IMG/VR virus record: IMGVR_UViG_3300037311_000166
Location: 1-42,911 of that record
Origin: a virus
Lineage: Duplodnaviria; Caudoviricetes
Strand: one strand, 5' to 3'
Length of the DNA: 42,911 nucleotides
Shown here in pieces: positions 37,071-42,911 of this stretch. Numbering within the stretch: position 1 is the first letter of the stretch; every line of letters begins with the position of its first letter. Position numbers and translations under genes: made by a program. The notes beneath the pieces are model-generated. The model saw only the letters and a list, made by a program, of their open reading frames with translations, was not told the DNA's origin and searched no databases.

Positions 37071-37086
37071 TGCAAAAGACGTGCCA
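37071..37086 (-). promoter_or_regulatory. Sigma54 -24/-12 motif
   Basis: TGGCACGTCTTTTGCA on the - strand. Confidence 0.75.
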
Positions 37087-37146
37087 AACATTGCGAGAGC
37101 GTGGCGGAACGTGGCGGGGCCGGGCTATATATATTGAGCGCATTGC

Positions 37147-37196
37147 CCAAGTCCTGCCAAGTCCTGCCAAGTCCTGCCAAGTCCTGCCAAGTCTTG
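37147..37196 (+). repeat. 10-bp tandem repeat x5
   Basis: CCAAGTCCTG x4 plus CCAAGTCTTG; dispersed GCCAAGT at 37002, 37258 and 37714. Confidence 0.95.
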
Positions 37197-37457
37197 TCAC
37201 GCCCTTGATTGACCACAAAACTTTGACGCCAAATCCCGTCAAATTCCCACACGTTTTGCCAAGTCCTTGAAAAACAGAGAGAAAATTGAAAGGGCTTGGT
37301 GGGACGTGTCAAAATCTTGATAGTGCCCGATAGAATATGGTGGGAAATGTTGGGATGTTTGACGTTTTTTCAGCTCTTGTAATGTCGCATAACGATGAAA
37401 ATGGAATTTTGACGCTTTTTCGCGAAAATATTCAATCAGCGTTTTGGCAATATGTCC

Positions 37458-37473
37458 GGCAAAAACCGTGCCA
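37458..37473 (-). promoter_or_regulatory. Sigma54 -24/-12 motif
   Basis: TGGCACGGTTTTTGCC on the - strand. Confidence 0.7.
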
Positions 37474-37502
37474 GAATTGGAATTTTCTTTTTTTTGTCGC
37501 TT

Positions 37503-37518
37503 TGGCACGATTCTTGCA
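37503..37518 (+). promoter_or_regulatory. Sigma54 -24/-12 motif
   Basis: TGGCACGATTCTTGCA. Confidence 0.75.
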
Positions 37519-37601
37519 CGTGATTTTTGCCAAAAAGCATGACAAAAAATTGTCGGATGGAGGGAAAGAGTGATAGGGCGTGACGCTAAAACGGGTCTTG
37601 C

Positions 37602-37813
37602 TCGAGCTAAGTGCTTGTTTGATATTTTTTTTTTTTTTTTTTTTTTTTTAATTTTATGGTTCCGCAGCGACAAGCTCATAGGGGTGTCAAATATTTGACT
37701 ATAGGTAGCTATCGCCAAGTTTGGACCCCCTACCCCCCGCGTGTCCCCGCCAAAACCCCGAAAAGAAAAAAATAAAAAAAAAAAAAAAATATCAAACAAT
37801 AACTTACGCTCGA
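37602..37813. repeat. Large imperfect dyad with IHF-like sites and A/T tracts; candidate packaging/terminus site
   Basis: TCGAGC-TAAGTGCTTGTTTGATA-T25 ... A-tract-TATCAAACAATAACTTACGCTCGA, with nested inner symmetry. Confidence 0.75.
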
Positions 37814-38000
37814 TTTTAGTCCATATTTTTGACACGCTCTTTCACGCACCAAAAAAAACCTCACGTCCCGTCTATATATTATATAGCTATATAGACTAAC
37901 CGAAATTTGCCGCGTTTTTGCGCGCTCTGGCTTTTCCCCCCTTGTCCCTTCCGGCCCCTTCCACAACTCAGAAAAAAAATACAAAATACAAAAAAAACTA

Positions 38001-38028
38001 TTGATAATATTAATTGATAAAATATAAT
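38001..38028 (+). promoter_or_regulatory. Early sigma70 promoter
   Basis: TTGATA-16nt-TATAAT with an upstream A-rich UP-like tract. Confidence 0.65.
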
Positions 38029-38074
38029 GACAAACAATCAGCAATGTCGCTGATAAAAAAAAAGGATAACAAGC

Positions 38075-38200
38075 ATGGAAATCATAATTGAATATAAGAC
38101 ATCGGTAAACGTCATGGCTGGCTGGCGCTCAATATACGTTAAAGCCCTGGCCAAAAAAAGATTGTCAGCGTGTTTATGTGTGCAACCGGCGGGGGAATAA
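38075..38200 (+). CDS. 41-aa first early gene (not in the ORF track)
   Basis: AAGGA RBS; MEIIIEYKTSVNVMAGWRSIYVKALAKKRLSACLCVQPAGE. Confidence 0.5.
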   Translation: MEIIIEYKTSVNVMAGWRSIYVKALAKKRLSACLCVQPAGE

Positions 38201-38203
38201 ACA

Positions 38204-38476
38204 ATGCGCTTTTTCTATCTCACGATTGCCACCGGTCTGGCATTGACGGTTTTTGCATTGCTCCAGGTTGATAAATCAATCCCGAGCCAGCTTAAGGCCC
38301 GCCATGCCGCCAAACTTACCCTCTCGGATTGCCCCCCATCCCCTTTTCCCGAGGGTTGCACAACAGATGCTGAATGCTGTTCTTGGTGTCCGCAAGCCGC
38401 GCCAGGGCTTTGCGGCATGGATGAACCGAAGACTTTAAAATTCCGCCCCCGCCCTTGGTTTATGTTGGGCTGGTAA
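38204..38476 (+). CDS. Exported/membrane-anchored Cys-knot-like protein
   Basis: Hydrophobic N-terminus; C-x8-C-x5-CC-x2-C-x7-C. Confidence 0.65.
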   Translation: MRFFYLTIATGLALTVFALLQVDKSIPSQLKARHAAKLTLSDCPPSPFPEGCTTDAECCSWCPQAAPGLCGMDEPKTLKFRPRPWFMLGW

Positions 38477-38486
38477 GTGCATGATA

Positions 38487-38550
38487 AGCCGAAACGGGCC
38501 GCAAGGCCTGTCTTCCCGCAACCCCGCGCGGGAACTGATGAGGCTAGGGG
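38487..38550 (+). ncRNA. Type II hammerhead ribozyme
   Basis: AGCC-GAAA-CGGGCC(GCAA)GGCCTG-TC^-TTCCCGC(AACCCCGC)GCGGGAA-CTGATGA-GGCT-AGGGG. Confidence 0.93.
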
Positions 38551-38575
38551 ATAACAACTAAACAAGGAGCAAAAC

Positions 38576-38998
38576 ATGGAACTTTTAATCTCTGAAAATA
38601 TCGAAAATTTGGATCAATTTCTATCCCGTCCCGAAAACAAGAAACCCGATGGATCAAAAAAATTCGAGGTGCCACCAAACCTGCCGACCGGGCATGGTTT
38701 TTTAGGTCTCGTGTACAATCCCTCAACCAAAGCCGCGTATAGCGGAAAACAAGTCCAGTTCTTGAGCCTGCTTTGCCAAGCCGCCGGCCTATGCGGACAG
38801 TTTGCTGGATACCGCCAATGGAATGAGCTTGGGCGTGTGGTTAAGAAGGGTCAAAAAGCAGTCCGGATCTTCGTTCCAAAATTCAAAAAATCAGAGGATG
38901 GGCAAGAAGCAGTCTATTTTCGGATGGTAACCGTGTTTGCTTTTGAGCAAACAGAGCCGCTTCCTGAAGCCTCAGAAGGTGAGGTTGCCAATGGATGA
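38576..38998 (+). CDS. ArdC-like N-terminal ssDNA-binding (antirestriction) domain protein
   Basis: NPSTKAAYSG...FAGYRQWNELGRVVKKGQKA...VFAFEQT. Confidence 0.8.
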   Translation: MELLISENIENLDQFLSRPENKKPDGSKKFEVPPNLPTGHGFLGLVYNPSTKAAYSGKQVQFLSLLCQAAGLCGQFAGYRQWNELGRVVKKGQKAVRIFVPKFKKSEDGQEAVYFRMVTVFAFEQTEPLPEASEGEVANG

Positions 38999-39521
38999 CT
39001 CTCACCCGTACCATTTCACTTGCGAAATAAAAGGCCTGCCAAAGTTCTATCTTCGGCTTAGCGGGTATGCGTCAGCATATGAGACGTTTAACAAATACAA
39101 GGCGCATCCGCGCATTGATCATCTAAAAGACGGGATTGAGCGAATGCGGAACCGAGTCAATGTGCAAAAAACGCTGGAAATTGAATTGAGCGAAGAAGTT
39201 ACAAGCAACCGCTCACAATTTAAATTTTTCTGCGTGTCGACCGTCGACGGTGACGGATGGTGGGCGGAAAAAATAACAAAGCGTTGGGGCTCAACGCCTA
39301 GCCACTGGATTCGTACCCGAGGCGCAACAGACCATGCCGAGTTACTCTTTAATCGAGAATGGCTTGCGACTTTTACCAAAATCTATGAGGCATACATTGA
39401 TAGGGCCAAAGTAAAATTTTACTTTGCCGATGTCATGAACCTCAAGCGACATTTGGAAAAATCAGTCACAGAATGTTTGGAATATATCGACACAACGAAG
39501 CAATTTTTAGCAAAATTATAG
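38991..39521 (+). CDS. Hypothetical protein
   Basis: GAGG RBS; start re-called at MDDSHP. Confidence 0.7.
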   Translation: MDDSHPYHFTCEIKGLPKFYLRLSGYASAYETFNKYKAHPRIDHLKDGIERMRNRVNVQKTLEIELSEEVTSNRSQFKFFCVSTVDGDGWWAEKITKRWGSTPSHWIRTRGATDHAELLFNREWLATFTKIYEAYIDRAKVKFYFADVMNLKRHLEKSVTECLEYIDTTKQFLAKL

Positions 39522-39554
39522 AACACCGATGCAGTTATAGAAAGAGGAGAATTC

Positions 39555-39830
39555 ATGACACACAAACCACGCGGCCCATGGCGGCCCACCCATTATCTAT
39601 CCCCTGAACTCAGCACTGGCTGGGTACATGACGAATACAACCGCCGCATTCAAGCCGATTATTTGGCCCGATGGCAAGAGGAAAACCGGATTGAGCAGCT
39701 AAGCGAACTAGAAAAGACAATCGTTAACCTTGCGCCGGCTAGCAAGGGCGAAAGGTTGCTTTTTTGGTCACTGCTCGCCGCGCCCTTGGCAATGACAACC
39801 GGTTTTTTGGTGTGGCTGTGGGTTTTATAA
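39555..39830 (+). CDS. Membrane protein with a C-terminal TM helix
   Basis: GAGGAG RBS; hydrophobic C-terminus. Confidence 0.7.
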   Translation: MTHKPRGPWRPTHYLSPELSTGWVHDEYNRRIQADYLARWQEENRIEQLSELEKTIVNLAPASKGERLLFWSLLAAPLAMTTGFLVWLWVL

Positions 39831-39921
39831 CGAACGGGCCAGTCGGGATCCCACCGCCCTGGCCCAAAAGATTTTAAAAATTTTTATCGACAATTTTTAG
39901 CAAATAATATAAGGGAATTTT

Positions 39922-40068
39922 ATGAATTTAAACTTGATAGTTTTGCGGTCCCTTCTTTTGTTAGCTCGGGAGGCGCTTTTGCATCCAGGCGATTTGAGCG
40001 AGGCCGGAAGGCGTTTGCTTATTGAAGAGATTGAGGAATGCGCGATGCAGATGGGATGGAAAAAATGA
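39922..40068 (+). CDS. 48-aa hypothetical protein (not in the ORF track)
   Basis: AAGGGA RBS; stop overlaps the next ATG (ATGA). Confidence 0.55.
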   Translation: MNLNLIVLRSLLLLAREALLHPGDLSEAGRRLLIEEIEECAMQMGWKK

Positions 40069-40643
40069 AACCTTCAACGATTGTACCGATTATTGAAACT
40101 TCCGAAATGGGAAGATTTTTAAACGTAGTTTCGCCTGGCAAGCTCGGGCATGGTGACGAGTCAAAGACTCCCGCGCTTGCGGTTCAGGAGTTCTATGATG
40201 AGAATGAATGGGAGATCCGGCGCCATTTATGCTACAGGCTGGAGATGCTCTTTTCTGATCAACCTCTTGAGATGAGAGCCCGCTATTACACGTTGCGGAC
40301 CGGCCGAGCGATTCCGAACGTCAAGACGATCGATTATTTTTGCAGGTTGTTCCAAGTCGACCCAGATTGGCTGGTTTTCGGCTACCAAGACGGCGCTCAG
40401 ATTGACGACCCCATCGAGTTCACCCCACCGCCTACCACGGTTTGGCCACGTCCTCTCAGGGTGTTTATGCGCGACAATGGACTAAGGTTTATTGACATGT
40501 CCAGGCTGACCGGCCTGCACTATTCGAACTTTTCCAGCATTTTTTCAGCAGTCGAGAATCCGAAGGGTTCATTTCGGACGGTGTGGACATTGTCAAAATG
40601 CCTCAACCTAACATTGAAGAAGTTATTTTATGACGTTGATTGA
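40065..40643 (+). CDS. Tandem XRE/Cro-like HTH transcription regulator
   Basis: G...PNVKTI..FC..F.V.PDWLVFG and a second LRVFM...MSRLTGL...LSKCL.L....LF domain. Confidence 0.7.
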   Translation: MKPSTIVPIIETSEMGRFLNVVSPGKLGHGDESKTPALAVQEFYDENEWEIRRHLCYRLEMLFSDQPLEMRARYYTLRTGRAIPNVKTIDYFCRLFQVDPDWLVFGYQDGAQIDDPIEFTPPPTTVWPRPLRVFMRDNGLRFIDMSRLTGLHYSNFSSIFSAVENPKGSFRTVWTLSKCLNLTLKKLFYDVD

Positions 40644-40806
40644 CACGCAAGTCCTCGATGAGGACGACAATAATTTTGCAGTTTGTCCTGTCTGTCATGA
40701 TCCCGAGAACGGCGAAGCCCTGGATTGGTGGGTTGGGGATGAGGCGGATGGGAGCCCGAGGTTTGTCGGGCCTATTTGTCAGGATTGTTTATTTGAGCGT
40801 TATTAA
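40630..40806 (+). CDS. 58-aa acidic zinc-ribbon protein (not in the ORF track)
   Basis: CPVC...CQDC; Asp/Glu-rich. Confidence 0.65.
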   Translation: MTLIDTQVLDEDDNNFAVCPVCHDPENGEALDWWVGDEADGSPRFVGPICQDCLFERY

Positions 40807-40876
40807 TGCCAAGCTGAGCCCGAAGGTTTTTTCATGTTTCCCCTTCGGGTTTGGCTGGCTCCATTGAGCGAGTGAT

Positions 40877-41152
40877 TTGATGAAAGCCAAAACCTATACA
40901 CCAGCTGGCGTGACAGGAACGATCAGCGAACTAATTCAGAAAAAAATTATCAGATCAAGGAGTATTGGGATTCAGGGAAAAAAGAATGGCAAGCCGCGTC
41001 CTGCTTTTTATTTTGAGTCAGATATTTCGCCGAACTGGATAATAAAGGTTCCTCATTCAGTATGGCTTTTGTACAGTGATTTACCGGACACAACAAGCAA
41101 CGCGATGAAAGCTCTTCTTTCGTCGATTGATTTCCGAGTGGAGATAAAATGA
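40877..41152 (+). CDS. Hypothetical protein
   Basis: ORF coupled to the next gene. Confidence 0.6.
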   Translation: MMKAKTYTPAGVTGTISELIQKKIIRSRSIGIQGKKNGKPRPAFYFESDISPNWIIKVPHSVWLLYSDLPDTTSNAMKALLSSIDFRVEIK

Positions 41153-41940
41153 CATTATCAAAAGACAATCCACTTATTAAGTCCGGCTTGCTGACCGAGG
41201 CCGGGGATGAAGCATGGTATCCGATGGAGCACTTGAATTTTTCTCGTCGCATTCAGTTTGTACGCGTTGGCAGAGAGATTTTTTTAAGCACCTTTCTTGC
41301 GAAAGGGAATTTCAGATTTACAGATTTTGGTGATGACACCTTGATTCTTCATCACGATTGCAATTTTTATTATTCTTTGTTTCCAAAATTTTTAAACGAA
41401 CCGGAAGTGTTTGGGCACATGATTTCCAAAACCATGATGGAAACACCGATTGGCAGGGTTGTTTTTTCTACAGGTTCTGAAGGGGTTTATTCTTTGAACA
41501 CATTTGGAATTTTGGAAAGATATTCCAGCCATTTTTGGATGGCCCAAACGCTTGAGGCTTACGAGGAAGAACTAAATAATCTTGGTCAGTCAGTTTTAGA
41601 AGATGATTCATCGAGCGACTTTTCAGCAAATTCAGATCCGTTTTTAAAAACACCGTCGAGTCGCAGTTTGTTTTTTCGTAAGATTGTCGATGACGCATTT
41701 TCACGTTTCAACATCATTCTCAAAAATGATTTGGATACCGTTTATCCTTTGAGCCATGACTCTCTTAAGTGGCAATACTTGCAACTTGTACGCAAAAGAA
41801 TTCTGTCATTTCAACCCGTCAAATTTTGGCAGCTTGATGCTGCTTTTAATGCTGGGGTTTTAAACGAGGCTGAGGCCCAGGCTTATCTTGATGGCCTCGC
41901 GTACTATAACAGCCTGGATAAACCGAAGGAGGGAGCATGA
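41149..41940 (+). CDS. Hypothetical protein
   Basis: 263 aa; GGAG RBS. Confidence 0.75.
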   Translation: MTLSKDNPLIKSGLLTEAGDEAWYPMEHLNFSRRIQFVRVGREIFLSTFLAKGNFRFTDFGDDTLILHHDCNFYYSLFPKFLNEPEVFGHMISKTMMETPIGRVVFSTGSEGVYSLNTFGILERYSSHFWMAQTLEAYEEELNNLGQSVLEDDSSSDFSANSDPFLKTPSSRSLFFRKIVDDAFSRFNIILKNDLDTVYPLSHDSLKWQYLQLVRKRILSFQPVKFWQLDAAFNAGVLNEAEAQAYLDGLAYYNSLDKPKEGA

Positions 41941-42311
41941 AAATCAAATTCAAACTAGTGAAATTCGAGAAGGCTCTAGCGTTTCAAGTCTTGGAGATGG
42001 ATGAGCGGTTTAGGAGAAAAGACGATGCGAAAGATGAATACATCTTCAAAGCGTCAAACTTAATGGAAATCATAAGCATTTGCGAACCTGATCTTTTAGG
42101 ACCTTGGAGTTTAGGAGACTTGACAATATGCCTGCGAGGCACAAAAAAATATAAAGACTTTAAAGTAGATGCATTCTTGTTCCAAGATAATTACCAGCGC
42201 GACGAATGCCATGATAAAATCATTAATGCACTACGCGAATGGGCTGAGAAGTGGGAAGGTTGGAACAATACAGAATCGCCAGCAATAGATGGTGACGTGT
42301 TCACGTTCTGA
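41937..42311 (+). CDS. Hypothetical protein
   Basis: GGAGG RBS; ATGA overlap. Confidence 0.8.
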   Translation: MKIKFKLVKFEKALAFQVLEMDERFRRKDDAKDEYIFKASNLMEIISICEPDLLGPWSLGDLTICLRGTKKYKDFKVDAFLFQDNYQRDECHDKIINALREWAEKWEGWNNTESPAIDGDVFTF

Positions 42312-42322
42312 GGGGACGATTT

Positions 42323-42508
42323 ATGAAACAAAAAGAACCGATGGAAAAATTTTTTGCACGAGCAATTTTTGAGGAGTCAATTTTAAATAGCCTGCTTTTG
42401 CCTCAGATCCCCTCTTTTACAGATTTCTTCAGGATTGATGAAGTGCCGGAAGATATGGATGAGATTGAAAAGCTGCTGCTTGATGCTGCAAATAGATTAG
42501 GCTGGTAA
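42323..42508 (+). CDS. Small hypothetical protein
   Basis: GAGGGG RBS; acidic, 61 aa. Confidence 0.65.
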   Translation: MKQKEPMEKFFARAIFEESILNSLLLPQIPSFTDFFRIDEVPEDMDEIEKLLLDAANRLGW

Positions 42509-42595
42509 TTGTTTATGGTGCTTCAGAATTATCAGATATTTTATTCTCTGGGAAATAAGGTAACAGTTATTCTTTTATCATAGTTAGGAATTTAT

Positions 42596-42805
42596 ATGAC
42601 TTACGGTTTTGAATCGCTAATCTGCACCGCCCCGAACGAATGCCAGAAGCTCGGCGAGATTGTCGTCTCGTGTGTGATGTCCAGCTGGCAATTTTGGCTT
42701 GCGATTGTCGGCGTGTCGCTTGTTATGTCGATACTAACGAGGCCGAGGGTTCGTGTGAATGTTAAAGGCGTTGGTAAGCAGGTGAGGATAAGGAGGACAA
42801 GATGA
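42596..42805 (+). CDS. Small membrane protein
   Basis: One TM helix followed by an Arg-rich tail. Confidence 0.65.
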   Translation: MTYGFESLICTAPNECQKLGEIVVSCVMSSWQFWLAIVGVSLVMSILTRPRVRVNVKGVGKQVRIRRTR

Positions 42806-42911
42806 AGTCGTTAGAAACAATGAAGGATAAGGAGGACAAGATGAAGTCGTTAGAAACAATGAAGGATAAGGAGGACAAGATGAAGTCGTTAGAAACAATG
42901 AAGGATAAGGA
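42783..42911 (+). repeat. 39-bp tandem array and terminal overlap with 1-91 (circular closure)
   Basis: 42821-42911 is identical to 1-91. Confidence 0.95.

Noticed and set aside
36910-38044. ORFs listed in the control region (e.g. 36910..37242, 37239..37835, 37730..38044)
   Set aside because: They translate tandem repeats and homopolymers (poly-K/poly-F), lack RBSs and overlap dense regulatory motifs
39836-39865. HDV-like ribozyme or terminator at GGGCCAG...CTGGCCC
   Set aside because: Only a simple hairpin; no P1.1/P2/P4 elements and no immediate U-tract on the + strand
40640-40867. 75-aa ORF from the track
   Set aside because: The overlapping ATG-started 40630..40806 frame with two CxxC motifs is the more credible gene
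42821-42911. Biological direct terminal repeat
   Set aside because: The overlap lies in a coding tandem array, typical of an assembler break; the real termini are more plausibly near 37700
1-42911. Alternative genetic code (stop-codon reassignment)
   Set aside because: Hallmark genes are intact and tightly packed under the standard code

Overview
The window is an apparently complete ~42.8 kb tailed-phage genome. It is circularly closed: positions 42821-42911 are identical to 1-91, and the join falls inside a 39-bp tandem array. Its organisation is podovirus-like, and a lipoprotein spanin pair points to a diderm host. The + strand arm (38075 to the end, then 1-12335) carries small early/accessory genes: an ArdC-like protein, an XRE regulator, a minimal nucleotidyltransferase, an HNH endonuclease and a Tad1-like anti-defence sponge. 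These are followed by a resolvase, an SNF2 helicase, a frameshifted SSB-like gene and a primase-helicase. The - strand arm (36803 to 12503) encodes the terminases, portal, scaffold, capsid, endolysin, adaptor/nozzle, tail fibres, ejection proteins, holin and spanins. I recognised no integrase, DNA polymerase or reverse transcriptase. The most unusual signals are non-coding: (1) a complete type II hammerhead ribozyme in front of the ArdC-like gene; (2) a 111-nt tRNA mimic with perfect acceptor, D and T arms but no anticodon arm or CCA; (3) a 1.27-kb gene-free control/terminus region holding four sigma54 motifs, several IHF-like sites, a parS-like site, phased 10-bp repeats and a ~210-bp dyad; (4) short direct repeats that bracket single accessory genes like cassettes. 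All protein calls come from motif recognition by eye; no database searches were run.
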